Source: Chiloscyllium plagiosum
Taxonomy: Eukaryota
Length of the DNA stretch: 41,412 nucleotides
Direction of reading: 5' to 3'
Assembly (NCBI RefSeq): GCF_004010195.1
Contig: NC_057719.1
Location: 36,097,852-36,139,263 of the forward strand
Of the stretch, positions 1 through 12,639 are shown piece after piece. The number at the start of each line of letters is the position of its first letter. Positions within the stretch are counted from its first letter, which is position 1. The notes beneath the pieces are model-generated. The model was not told the DNA's origin. It saw only the letters and a program-made list of their open reading frames with translations, and did not search any database. Both the position numbers and the translations under genes were made by a program.

Positions 1-187
1 TCCCCACCCCCACCCTCCTCTAGCTTATCTCTCCAAGCTTCAGGCTCTCTGCCTTTATTCCTGATGAAGGGCTTTTGCCCAAAACGTCGATTTTGCCTGT
101 CCTCGGATGCTGCCTGAATTGCTGTGCTCTTCCAGCACCATTGATTCAGAATCTGGTTTCCAGCAACTGCAGTTATTGTTTTTACCT
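1..187 (+). mobile_element. Penelope-like element terminal repeat (pLTR) 3' end with minimal hammerhead motif
   Basis: CTGATGA(61)-a-GGGC tttt GCCC-aaaa-CGTCGA (GAAA mutated to AAAA); same family as the insert at 26899-27106. Confidence 0.75.
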
Positions 188-199
188 TCAACATATTGC

Positions 200-497
200 C
201 TAGCTAACACCAGTTGTTACAGCTAACCTGACAATGCAATTTTTAAAAAAAGGTTTTGTGATTTACACGTGAAAGTAGTGAAACTATCATGGTATTCGAA
301 CAGATGAAAGACTCAACAGACAATCAAGGTATTTTTCAATGTATAATTTCAGCTACATCGCACTGTAAACTTTTGCTATAAATTCTGTGCCTTACAATTA
401 TGTCCTTCACAGCCCCCTGATGAAGGAGCGGCGCTCTGAAAGCTAGTGCTTCCAATTAAACCTGTTGGACTATAATCTGGTGTTGTGTGATATTCAA
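200..497 (+). mobile_element. Penelope-like element 3' end, second family, with hammerhead motif
   Basis: CTGATGA(417)-aGGAGC ggc GCTCt-GAAA-gctag followed by cttccaattaaacctgttggactataa; inverted copy of the same end at about 640-711. Confidence 0.65.
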
Positions 498-605
498 ATT
501 TGGGTGTGTATTGTAAGGTCTGCAGCTACCAGGTTAGTTACAAACTGTCTGTTTGTGGCTGCAGCCTGTCTGCATTCTGCAGTATGTTTATTCACACATG
601 ATGTG

Positions 606-1400
606 GATGTTGGACTGGGGTGGACAAAGTTTAAAAATCACACAGCACCAGGTTATAGTCCAACAAGTTTATTTGGAAGCACTAGCTTTCAAAGCGCTGC
701 TCTTTCATCAGATAGCTGTTGAGCAGGATCATAAGACACAGAATTTATAGCAAAAGATCACAGTGTCATGCAATTAAATGATATATTGACCTGTTAAGTC
801 TTTCACTTTTTAGAGTGGGTTGCAAGTTTTGGTTCATTAATATGTAAATCCCAGAACTTCTTTCCAGTCACATTCTTGAGATAACTTAAGGTTTTATAAA
901 AAAAGGTGACATCTCAGCTCAGACAATGCATTAAAGGTGTGAGGTTAGAGTCTGTCTGTATCCCAATCTTGAGCCAGACTGGCTCTATTTCCAAAGTAGG
1001 AATTTATAAAATGTTACATGGACTGACTGCCTGCAGATTATTCTGCTTTTGAACAAAATAGAACGTATCTGCAATAAAAATTCTGCAACTGCAAATTCAT
1101 ACCATAGACATATTTGTGTGCTGGAGACAGAGAGAAAGAGAGAGAGATAGAGTGTGTTCATGTGTTTGCGTGTGTGTGTTTGTATATGGGAGAGTGTGTG
1201 CATGTGAGTGTGTGTGTTTTCATGTGTGCATACTTGGTAGAGTGTGTGAGTGTGACGGAGTATAAGCCTGTGCGAGAGTGTGAGTGTGAAGGATATGTGT
1301 GTGTGTCTGAGAGAGAACATGTGTGTGTGTCTACAGAGACATTCGGCCTCGGATCTTCGGGTGACCATCCTCCAAGGCGGACTTTGGGATATGCAACTGG
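606..1400 (-). mobile_element. Penelope-like element, same family as 200-497, with internal (GT/GA)n tract and a short inverted GIY-YIG-like fragment
   Basis: Minus-strand hammerhead at 682-711; microsatellite 1113-1331; HSASDLRVTILQGG fragment at about 1340-1395. Confidence 0.6.
1113..1331. repeat. Degenerate (GT)n/(GA)n microsatellite
   Basis: Directly visible; explains the low-complexity ORFs 985-1368 and 1114-1422. Confidence 0.9.
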
Positions 1401-1990
1401 ACTCTTGTTATCTCATTTTTGAAGGCTTCCCATTTTCCAACAGTCCCTCTACCTGCAAACATCTGCCCCCAGTCAACTTTTGAAAGTTCTTGCCTAATAC
1501 TGTCAAAATTGGCCTTCCTCCAATTTAGAACTTGAAATTTTAAATCCATCTATCCTTTTCCATCACTATTTTAAAACTAATAAAATTATGGTCACTGGCC
1601 CTAAAGTGCTCCCCTATGGACATCTCAGTCACCTGACCTACCTTATTTCCCAAGAGTCAGTCAAGTTTTGCACCTTCTCTAGTAGGTACATCCACATACT
1701 AAATCAGAAAATTTTTTGTACACACTTAACAAATTCCTCTCAATCCAAACCCTTAACACAATGGCAGTACCAATCTATGTTTGGAAAGTTAATGTCCCCT
1801 ACCAAAACCACCAAATTATCCTTATAGATAACTGAGATCTCCTTACAAATTTGTTTCTCAATTTCTGCTGACTATTGGGCAGTACAATCCCAATAAGGTA
1901 ATCATCCCTTTCTTGTTTCTCAGTTCCAACTAAATAACTTCCCTGGATGCATTCCAGAAATAAACTCCCTAAGCACAATATGTTGTACTG
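1400..1990 (-). mobile_element. CR1 LINE ORF2 fragment (endonuclease/linker region)
   Basis: VLNWRKANFDSIRQELSKVDW...KWEAFKNEITRVQ in ORF 1331-1549. Confidence 0.8.
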
Positions 1991-3169
1991 AGGTCAGATG
2001 GTGCCATGAACACTCAGACTGCTGTCACCATCAGATATCAGTGCTCAACAGGGCAATCATGACCGGAGCCAATAGATAGCTCTTCTCATCCAGTAAATCA
2101 CACTTGTGGTCACTTAAAAGCCATTGGTACTGTTGACTGGTACGGATTAAAGGTATCATGCTGTAGCCAAGATTACAGGCATTGACCTCACAATGTGCTT
2201 TTTGAGGTCATTCACCAGTTGGATATTGTGGTGTCAGGACTCTTTGAATTTGAGATGCTTCTCTACTGAAAATACAAACATTTTTAAGCCAGAAATTGAT
2301 TGTGGCTGTTGTAATTTTGTATTTCCACAATTGAAATGGACAGCACATTGCTTTTGTCTTGCTGGGTTTTCCACTGAGTACATTCTTTGTTGCTTCTAAA
2401 TGGTATGTATATGTACATCACCACCATGAGGATGCAAGGTGCCTATGATTAGTTAGATTCCTTTCTCTGTATATTGGGAGTTGATTTAAATCCATTTTGA
2501 TAAATAAAATCTTGATCCAGCACTAGCAGACCTTATAATGGTCTTGGGAGTGGGAAGCAAAGAGGTTGGGGAAAACGAATTTAATGACAGGACAAAATCA
2601 GGAACTTGATAGCATGCTGGATGTTTGCAATGAAGATCTTGGAACTTTAAAGGCAGGTCAAGCCCTTTTATATGCATTGGCATGTCATACAAGCTGATTG
2701 AAAGGCTTGCCAGAATTAGTTTCACTCTCCTAAGTTCTCTGTGAGCAAACAATCAGTGCCTTTCAATTCCTGCCTGCATGGGAGAGTTGTACAGCAGGCA
2801 AGGTACTGTGTTTGCTGGTCTTTAGGAGTAGGAGTCCCTGCAATATAATCTTCTTTGAGGAGTGTTCGGTAATGCCATGCCATGATTGAAATCAGACAGC
2901 GGTAATCTAATTTGCTCGCAATACCATTATGTCTTGAGGGAGGGATACTTGTATTTAAATGGGCTCAGGTCAAGAATATTGGCCAAGGGTAAATGTCTAT
3001 CTTTTCTAGGGTGGGTCTAGACCAAAATGAGGCAGCTTACCTGAGGAAGACTGAAAAGGCAATTTTTAATAATTAGTTTGTGGGATGTGACCAGCATTTA
3101 TTGCTCATCCCTAAATGGTGGTTCTCAAATTGCTGCTGTCCCAGTGTTATAGGTACACCCATAATGCTG

Positions 3170-4051
3170 CAAGGTTTGTGAAGGTTTGTAGCTCAGGTTG
3201 AGGTTTAGGGTGTAGGTTTGCTCGCTGAGCTGTAGGTTTGGTATCCAGACGTTTCATTACCTGGCTAGGTAACATCATCAGTGGCGACCTCCAAGTGAAG
3301 CAAAGCTGTTGTCTCCTGCTTTCTATATATATTTATGTCCTGGATGGGAGTTCCTGGGGTTTGTGGTGATGTCATTTCCTTGCATGGAATTTTGTAGATG
3401 ATGTTGGCTTTGTCCATGGGTTGTACTGGGTCTTTTAAGTTTGTTAGTTTTTGTTGGAGAGAGTTGGTGGGTTTGTGTGCTACTAGGATTCCGAGGGGTC
3501 TTAGTAGTCTGGCTGTCATTTCTGAAACTTCTTTGATGTAGCCCTACACATGGATGAAAAAAAACACCATTTCGACTGGGACAACACATCTATCCTGGGA
3601 CACAGACTGTATTTTTTGAGTATCCGTTCTTCTTGAATACGTTGTACAGGTGGTTCTCCTCTGTTTTCCGAAGTTCGTCTGTGCTGCAGTGTGTGGTGGC
3701 TCATTGGAATGGGACTGGGACTGGAATGGCTCATCGACTGGGACAACACATATATCCTGGGACAGGCTAAGCAAAGACATGCCAGAGAATTCCTAGAGGC
3801 CTGGCATTCCAACCACAATGCCATAAACAAACACATAGATCTAGATACCATCTATCAACCCCTCAGAAAACGAACCGGAAATGACATCACCACAAACCCC
3901 AGGAACTCCCATCCAGGACAAACATATAAATAGAAAGCAGGAGACAACAGCTTTGCTTCACTTGGAGGTCACCACTGATGATGTTACCTAGCCAGGTAAT
4001 GAAACGTCTGGATACCAAACCTATAGCTCAGCGAGCAAACCTACACCCTAA
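3170..4051. mobile_element. Rearranged Penelope-like element with inverted pLTRs, 32-bp tail and 13-bp TSD
   Basis: TSD acccataatgctg at 3157-3169 and 4052-4064; inverted arms about 3202-3378 and 3877-4054; GIY-YIG pieces ARLLRPLGILVAHKP...NIIYKIPC (-) and DWDNTYILGQAKQRHAREFLEAWHS (+); hammerheads at 3246-3281(-) and 3975-4010(+). Confidence 0.9.
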
Positions 4052-4214
4052 ACCCATAATGCTGTTAGGATGGGAATTTCAGGATTTTGGACAAGTGATA
4101 GGAATATTTACCTGTACCTCCTTGAGAGGTCAAGTGATGCTCTGGATGGCAAGGAATGAATGTCTGTCTGAGTGCCCCTTACTATGTTGCATTGACCTTC
4201 TACTCCTCTAATCT

Positions 4215-4815
4215 CTTATGAAAAGAGATTGAGCAGTTCAGACTCTCCAGAGTTTAGGAGAATGAGATGAGATTGAATTGAGGTATACAAGATGTTAAAG
4301 TGGATTGAGAAATTAGATGTAGACAGGATGTTTCCCCTTGAAGGACAATCTTGAACATGTTGTCCTATTTTAGGATGAGGGGTAACAGATTTAAGATCAG
4401 GAGGAATTATTTCTCTCAAAGGGCTGTGAATCTTTGGAATTCACTTCCCCAGTATATCATGGATGCTGGGATATTGGAAAATTTAAGGAGGAGACAGACA
4501 ACTTTTTAGTTAGCAGTGGGTTGGAAGCCCTAACACCTATCTGTCCAATTTACCTATTCCCTTAGGATTCTGACAAACATGCAAGGAGAAGCAAACTTTG
4601 TTTTCCCTTTAAATTAACTAATATTTTCCTTTCTATCCTCCCGAACTATTACAGCTTTTGATTCCTTGGCAATTTCCTTCTTGAATGAGCATGGGGGATT
4701 GAGCAGGAAAGTGGAGTTTTGACTAAATGAGATCAGTCATGATCATATTAAATGGTGACGTGGGCATGAAGAGCTGAATTGTTTACTCCTGCTCCCAGTT
4801 CATATGTTCTGATGT
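4215..4815 (+). mobile_element. CR1 LINE 3' end, decayed
   Basis: RMR*D*IEVYKMLK-type C-terminus and ttactcctgctcc...tatgttct 3' tail. Confidence 0.7.
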
Positions 4816-4874
4816 ATTCTTCAGAGTCACAAAAGGGATATCAACTTCTATTCAACCCAACCACAATATGAACC

Positions 4875-5149
4875 AGACTTTATAAAAGATCTTAAAGTAA
4901 GGGAACACTTAGGAAGCAGTGATCATAATATAGTGGAGTTCAGTCTGCAGTTTGAAAGAGAGAAGGCAAAATCGGATGTAATGGTGTTACAGTTAAACAA
5001 AGGTAATTACGAGGACATAAGAGAAGAACTGACGAAAATAGACTGGAAGCAGAGCCTAGCAGGAAAGACAGTAGAGCAAAAATGGCAGGAGTTTGTAGGT
5101 ATAATTGAGGACACAATACAGAGATTCATCCCCAAGAAAAGAAAGATTA
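4875..5149 (+). mobile_element. CR1 LINE ORF2 fragment running into a gap
   Basis: LGSSDHNIVEF...LNKGNYEDIREELTKIDW...KWQEF (endonuclease SDH motif). Confidence 0.85.
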
Positions 5150-5649
5150 NNNNNNNNNNNNNNNNNNNNNNNNNNNNNNNNNNNNNNNNNNNNNNNNNNN
5201 NNNNNNNNNNNNNNNNNNNNNNNNNNNNNNNNNNNNNNNNNNNNNNNNNNNNNNNNNNNNNNNNNNNNNNNNNNNNNNNNNNNNNNNNNNNNNNNNNNNN
5301 NNNNNNNNNNNNNNNNNNNNNNNNNNNNNNNNNNNNNNNNNNNNNNNNNNNNNNNNNNNNNNNNNNNNNNNNNNNNNNNNNNNNNNNNNNNNNNNNNNNN
5401 NNNNNNNNNNNNNNNNNNNNNNNNNNNNNNNNNNNNNNNNNNNNNNNNNNNNNNNNNNNNNNNNNNNNNNNNNNNNNNNNNNNNNNNNNNNNNNNNNNNN
5501 NNNNNNNNNNNNNNNNNNNNNNNNNNNNNNNNNNNNNNNNNNNNNNNNNNNNNNNNNNNNNNNNNNNNNNNNNNNNNNNNNNNNNNNNNNNNNNNNNNNN
5601 NNNNNNNNNNNNNNNNNNNNNNNNNNNNNNNNNNNNNNNNNNNNNNNNN
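5150..5649. other. Assembly gap (500 N)
   Basis: N run. Confidence 1.
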
Positions 5650-6249
5650 TGCACACAGCCTTAGAATGAATATAAATTACCGTTTTAAACTTTATTTGAC
5701 TCTTGTCAAAAATATCCAGAAGGTTTTATATCCAGAAGGCTTTTTGTTTCTGGTATGATGGATTATTTTAACAAACTGTATTTCAGTGCCATGCAAAAAT
5801 TACAGTTTTTTTAATTGGCTTAGTTGGCACACAGCTTTAATTTAAGAAGCTCAATTTTGTAATTACAGAATCGGAATGTGAACAAAAGGTATACAAAAAT
5901 AACATTTGATGGACAAGGCATTTGATTGTTTTGGGTACTTCCACTGCACAGAATCGTTTTTAGGCTAAAAACTGACGACAAATGTCTGTGTTTCGGAATT
6001 TGTGCGTCATAACAAATATTACCTGCGTAAGGGAATCCCATAAATTTGTTAGTGGGTCATTAATCAATCAGTTATATAAAGAATACAAAGGACAAGGATC
6101 ACCTCAGGGAAACATTGACATTTCTTTGTGGCTCATTTTTATTATGACAAGTGAGCGTCATTATATTTATATCGAATGGAGGAGTGAGGGGAATATGCTC
6201 GACTTGTAGAGTTTGGATAATCATTTTACAATGAACAAAGTTCATCTTT

Positions 6250-6590
6250 ATAGAATCACTACAGTGTGGAAACAGGCCATTCAGCCCAACAAGTCCACAC
6301 CGACTCTCTGAAGAGTATCCCATCCAGACTCACCCTACTACCTTATACCTGTAACCCTGCTAATCTACCTAACCTAAATATCCCTAGATACTATGGAAAA
6401 TTTAGCATGGCCAATCAATCCAAGCTGCACATCTTTGGACTGTGGGAGGAAATTTGAGCACCTGAAAGAAACCCACCTAGACACGGGAAGAATGTGCAAA
6501 CTCCACGCAGACAGTCGCCTGAGGGTGGAATATAACCCAGGTCTTGAGTGTTATGAGACGACAGTGCTAACCACTGAGCCAGCATGCCAC
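6250..6590 (-). mobile_element. HE1-type tRNA-derived SINE
   Basis: Minus-strand box A TGGCTCAGTGG and degenerate box B GGTTATATTCC; CR1/HER1-like tail cctgtttccacactgtag; related copies at 30443 and 37179. Confidence 0.85.
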
Positions 6591-6892
6591 TTGTAGCTTT
6601 GAGCAACCAAACTTGATAGATTCAAAAGATTGCATTAAGCAAATGAAATTTTAGATGCGCCCAATTTATTGGGTCATACAGTGGGAGAGTATGCAATGCA
6701 GAAGGAGGATCTTCGGCCTACACTGTGTCGATGCTGGTCATCTAGCACCTATCTATTCTAATCCCATCTCCCAGCACTTGGCCCATTGCCTTATGCTGTG
6801 GCTTTTCAATTCTTCATCTAAGTATTTGTTAAATGTTATGACAGTTTCCACCTCTACCACATTTTCAGGCAGTGATTTCCAAGTGCCCACCA

Positions 6893-8935
6893 CCATAAGA
6901 CAGGAGAGCAGAAATTAGGCCATTCAGCCCATTCAGTCTGTTCCACCATACAATCATGATTGATAAGTTTCTCAACCCCATTCTCCTGCTTTCTCCCCAT
7001 TACCCTAGATCTCCTTGATACTCAAGAATTGATCTATCTCAGACTTAAATATACTCAATGACCTGGCCTCCACAGCTTTCTGTGGCAATGAATTCCATAG
7101 ATTCACTACTCTCTGGCTGAAGAAGTTTCTCCTTATCTCTGTTTTAAAAGGTCTTCCCTTTACTCTAAGGCTATGCCCTTGGGTACTAGTCTTTCCTACC
7201 AATGGAAACATCTTCCCAACATTTACTCTGTCCAGCCATTCAGTATTCTGTAAGTTTCAATTTGATTCCCCTTCATCCTTCTAAACTCCATCGAGTATAA
7301 ACCCAAAGTCCTCAAATGTTCCTTATATGTTAAGCTTTTCAATCCTGGGACCATTCTCGTGAATGTCCTCTGAACACCTTCCAAGGCCAATACATCCTTC
7401 CTAAGATATAGGGCCCAAAACTGCGCACAATACTCCAAAAAGACTGAAGCCTTTTAGGTCTCAGAAGTATATCCCTGCTTTTAAATTCAAATCCTCTCAA
7501 AATAAATACCATCATTCAATTTGCCTTCCCAACTATTGACTCAACCTGCAAGTTTACCTTGAGAGAATCCAGAACTAGAACTCCCAAGTCTCTTTGCACT
7601 TCAGACTTCTGAATTTTCTCCCCATTTAGAAAATAGCCCATGCCCCTATTCTTCCTACCAAAGTGCATGACCTCACACTTTCCCACATTGTACTTCTGCC
7701 ACTTCTTTGCCCACTCTCCTAATCAAACCACAACTGAGGTTAGGCTAATTGTCCTGTATTTTGCCTTATTCCAGTTTTAAACAGGAGTGTCATGTTAGCA
7801 GTTTTCCAGTCCTCAGGGACCCTTCCTGATTCTAGCAATTCCTGGAGGATCACCAGTAACGCTCCACTATCTCTTCAGCTATCTCCCTTAGAACTTTGAG
7901 GTGTAGTCCATCTGGTCCAGGGCATTTATCCACCTTCAGGCCATTGAGTTTTCCAAGCACCTTCTCCTTGGTGATGGCCACCATATTCAGCTCAGCTCCC
8001 TCCCTCCCTTGAAGTTTTGGGATATTGCTTGTTTCTTCCACTGTGAAGACTGTCACAAAGTAATTATTCAGTTCCTCAGACTTGTTCCTCACTACTATGT
8101 CTCCAGCATCACTTTCCAGTGGCCCAATGTCCATTTTTGCCTTTCCTTGGCCCTTTACAAATCTAAAGAAACTCTTACAGTCTTCCTTTATATTACGAGC
8201 TAGCTTACCCTCATATTTAATCTTCTCCGTCCTTATTTCTTTTTTTGTTGCCCTCTGGTGGTCTTTGTAAGCTTCCGAATCCTCTGGTTTCCCTTTGCCA
8301 CACTATATGCTTTCTCTTTTGCCTTTATGCTATCCCTGACTCCCCTGGTCAGCTAGGGTTCCCTCATCTTGCCTCCCATGCTTCTTTTTCCTCGGGATGA
8401 ATTTTTGCTGTATCTCCTGATTTACTCCCAGAAACTCCTGCTATTGCTGTTCCACTGTCCTAGGCTCCTCTCCCAGTCAATTCTGTCCAGCTCCTCCCTC
8501 ACGCCTCTGTAGTTATCTTTATTCAGCTGTAATACTGTTGCCTCTGATTCTATCTCCACCCTCACAAATCCAGTATTGCCTGTTTTCTAGTGGGCTCCAT
8601 GACAAGATGCTGCAAAAAGCCATCTCATAGATATTCCACAAATTCCTTTTCTTGCAGTCCACTATCAACCTGATTTTCCCAGTCCACCTGTATATTGAAA
8701 TTCCCTGTGGTCACTGTAACTTTGCCTTTCCTACACACCTTTTCTATCTCCTGGTGTATCTTGTGCCCTAGCTCCTGACTACTATATGGAAGCTTGTACA
8801 TAATTCCAACTATGGCCTTGTTTTACCTTAGCGGTTTCTCAATTCTACTCACACAGATTCTACACCCTCTGACCCTACTTCATTTTTTATTATTGATTTA
8901 ATTTCATTCCTTACTAATAAAACAACCCAAACCCC
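6893..8935 (-). mobile_element. CR1 LINE, about 2 kb, decayed ORF2 with 3' end
   Basis: EYCAQFW...LEGVQRTFTRMVPG; RRNFFSQRVVNLWNSLP; KCPGPDGLHLKVLREIAEEI. Confidence 0.9.
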
Positions 8936-8984
8936 TCAGCTCATCTGGGGAATTTCTTTTCCTGATATACACACTATACCCTGG

Positions 8985-9200
8985 GCTGCTTATCTTAAAT
9001 CTGTGTCCCTTAGTTATTGAGCTCTGCACTAAGGAGAAACATTCCTTCCTATCTACTCTAGCTGTGCCCATCCTAATTCTGTTGAGCTCAATCTGGTCCC
9101 CCTTCAGCTTGAAGGAAAACAACTTCAATCTATCTAGTCTCTCTTTATAGCTGAAAAGGTACAACCTGGGCAACATTCTGGTGAACCTCCTCTGGATTTT
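8985..9200 (-). mobile_element. CR1 LINE 3' ORF2 fragment
   Basis: SYKERLDRLKLFSFKLKGDQIE in ORF 8904-9176. Confidence 0.7.
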
Positions 9201-10736
9201 CCTTTATTCCTTGGCTTTTTGATTTTATTACCATGTATATTTTATATAAGATTACAATTAAATCCTTTCCTCTTTCTCCCCAGTTCCCATCCCCACTGCC
9301 CCCTGTGTAACTCCAGTTCTACCTTCATTTCCCAGAGAAGTTTTCACTGATACCAGCTTTGAACACATGGTGAGACACACTCTGGGGCTTTCCTAACTGC
9401 CTGCCTCCCTTTTATCTGACTTGTGGTCACCCATCCATTATTTGACTGCATATCCTTAAGCCATACGGTGTCCACATTTAAAATCATGTTTTCCACCTAC
9501 GTTTCAGCCTCTTGAATGTATTACAGGTCTCCATCTGATGGTTAATATCTGAAACATGAGGCTCAAGCAGGTAAATCAGTGGCACAAGCTACAGATATGA
9601 TCACCCAGGCTTCCAGTCTAAGATTTCCTGCATATTCCTGATGAGATCCCATGGGATTGAACTCCCTGCCATATCTTAAGTTAAAATCTTTTGAATCAAA
9701 ATTTAAGGCAAGTAAAAAGAGAAAAATATGATATATTTTTGGTACTATTAATTCTAAACTGTATATTATTGTAACGTATAGTGGTTAAAGACAGTTGTAA
9801 ATGACAGCTTCTCAAGAATTCAATCACCTCTTGACCTTTCCATGTTGTTATTCAAATTTCTTTTCAAGCCTAACCAAGCTGTTTAAGGTGGTTATCCCCA
9901 CATAGGTCTGACTTCTCTCACCCTCAGAACCTATGTGAAAGGCCTTGAGTCTCAGCTATTCTTTATAGTTCAGTAAATGTGCTACCAAGCAGATTCTCAG
10001 AGTTTTATTGGAAATTATTAATTAACTAATCTGGACTGTGCCAAGACTTATACTGAAAACCTTGTCTTATGTAGAGAACAGGAATTTGTACAAACATTCA
10101 ACATTTAAATAATGGAAGATGGAGGCAGCCAATCACAGCTGTATTCCCATGGCAACATCCTGACCAATCAGGATATATTGGCCTGCTCAGAGGATTGAGG
10201 TTGAAGTTAATTGTACTTAGTGCTTCTCCAGTTATGGTCCAACCAACCAGCAGTCTTTCTCATTTTGTACAAAATTGTGTCCCTTTTTCTCAAGTCTGTT
10301 TCTTGCATCCTAGTTCTGATGAGTACTTTAGCTTCTAGTCTCCTCCCAGCAGTGTTTCATTTCACTGCTCATTGTGCGTTTGAAAGGGAGGATGTCTTGA
10401 GGGCTGCATTAGGATAGATTCTGTAATGCTAGAGTTAAGAAGTAGAAAGAGAGATAGTGCAATTCTTGATGTGCATAATAGTCAGCAATCATATACACTA
10501 GGTAGTGGGATATATCTGCACACACTTCATAGATACATGCAAGGATAACAGGATGCTAAAATTGATGGAATTGAACTATTGAATTCTATTCAAGATAGAT
10601 AGAATGAAGATAATGAGTGAGGTTAAATGATCAAACAGAATGTGATGTCCATTATGAACTTATATACTTTTATTCATTCATAGGGTGTGAGCATAGCTGG
10701 CAAGACCAGCACTTACTGTCCATCCTTAATCGTCTT

Positions 10737-10807
10737 TGAGAAGGCAGTGATGAGCCATCTCCTTGAACTGTAGCAGTTCAAGGAGATGGCTCATCACTGC
10801 CTTCTCA
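10737..10807. repeat. Perfect 34-bp inverted repeat with 3-nt loop inside a LINE 3'-end fragment
   Basis: TGAGAAGGCAGTGATGAGCCATCTCCTTGAACTG-tag-CAGTTCAAGGAGATGGCTCATCACTGCCTTCTCA. Confidence 0.95.
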
Positions 10808-12639
10808 TAGTGGAAATACATTCACACTACTACATCAATATAGCAACATTTAGGCAAAAATTATAAACTGTTGATTGGATTGTTTTAATTTAAATTTTTT
10901 CTACTTTTTATCAATTACAGAGTTCACTGAAAGTGGAGTAATATTGAATCAATAATGTGACAGATATAAATATGTTTCGAAAAACTATTCTTTCATGATA
11001 TGCATGTGTATCCACAAGCAAGTTAAGGTTTCTTTATATCTTCTTCAGGTAAAAGTGTTCTGTAAGCATTAAGTGATTCACATGAAGCTATACAATTACA
11101 GGGCAGGTCTGTTCTGGAGCAGTGACTCAGTAATAACTTCATTAAGATATCAAATCTTGTACAGAAACTACATTTACACAGAAGTCTCCACTTAGTTTGA
11201 GGAATAATTTGTATTTCATTTTTGCTACCTGTCAGAAATTAGTATGAATTTTAACATCTATAAGTATTTGTTTTCTGAAGCTTCCATGCTCCATCTGCCT
11301 TAACTGCATCTCTTGGATCCTATGTTCTACCATCTGCTTTAGAATCTGAATTTAAATTTTACTGGGCAAAGATGAAACCCAAGAGCAAGAGAATCATAAA
11401 CATATAATAGCATCAAAAGCTATTAATATTTGAGTGAACACAACTATATATTTCCTATAGCATCAATCATTTCATCACTTAACAGTTTATTACATAAGCT
11501 TGCAGGGAATCTGGATGCCAAAAGGAATAAGCTATAATATTCAGAAATATTTGTTGTACCATTTTCAATATTAAATAAGACAAACAATACTGTTACGATT
11601 GAGAATTGGAAGTGAACTAAATGCAAGAATTTTCATGCTAGTTAATAAAGTAAAATTGAGAAAAAGCGACATGTTGCAATTTGCTGTTCTGTAGCTTGAA
11701 GTAGGCTCAAATTATTACTGCACTACTTCAAATTCACCTCTAATTCACCTTGTAATTATAACATGTTTACAAAAAATCAACTTGACAGAACCTGGGAAAT
11801 ATAAAGTACAATCAGACAAGGCACACAGCTGCCAAATAGTTTCTTCCCTCAAACAATCTGTTTGTGGTAGTTCCCACGTAAGTACTGTAGTGTATTTATA
11901 ATTACAGTAAATACCATATAATTCTAAGTGCCACTAGCATGACAGTGAATAGTAGAATATGCCACTTTGAATAAGTACCTTAATCGAGTTTTATTACATT
12001 TCCACTAAACCATAATGAAGTTACAGATGAGTCATTGGCCTTACAAAAATTAGTTTTGCCATTTGCTAGTCTGGCAATTAGATGAAAGGAGAGATAATTC
12101 ACTATTCGTAATGATGGAGTACACTCGCACTAATCATCTGGCATAAACATACTAGGCTACATTATTTTGGGTACAAATAAAACAAGGTTTTATTTATACA
12201 AAACAAATTCCTTAGGGGGTGACTCATTGAAGGTAACTTTAATGACTTTCTGCTCCTAGTCAGGAAACTTGCAAAGTACATTGTTCAAAACTTCCACATA
12301 ACTCTTGAAATGCAGAAATAAATTATTTTTTAGGACAGAGCTAGTGGTAATAGGTCTGATTTATAGCTCATAATTATAACCTTTTAACTTCATGTACAGA
12401 AACAGCTCTCCAGTGCTGTTCTAGAAATATTTTGGGCAGACCCATTTCTCATTTGTCCCAAGAGGATGGCCTGAGGTATATTATTGCCAATCAGTTCCCA
12501 ATCCAATAGTCCATTGGACATGAAATTTATCTTGGTAGGAAAGAAGTGATATAGTGAATTGGAGCCTAGTTTGTAACCTATCTGATTTTATTCTGCCACA
12601 GGTTTCACCCGCTGCTCTATCACATTATATAAGCATAAA

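Noticed and set aside
3033..3065. Minus-strand polypyrimidine-CAG|GTAAGC resembling a recursive splice site
   Set aside because: No evidence the region lies in a transcribed intron; such motifs occur by chance
5007..5758. Long ORFs spanning N runs (also 29181-30290 and 36552-37294)
   Set aside because: Artefacts of assembly gaps
10125..10325. CCAAT / CCATGGCAAC (X-box-like) / CCAAT cluster
   Set aside because: Looks like a decayed repeat end (finishes in ctgatgag); no CpG island or linked gene
11023..11510. Possible minus-strand exon cluster (FPASLCNKLLSDEMIDAIGNI; 68-codon ORF at 11023-11228)
   Set aside because: The bridging 31-nt exon (11331-11361) has stops in all three frames and the donors are weak
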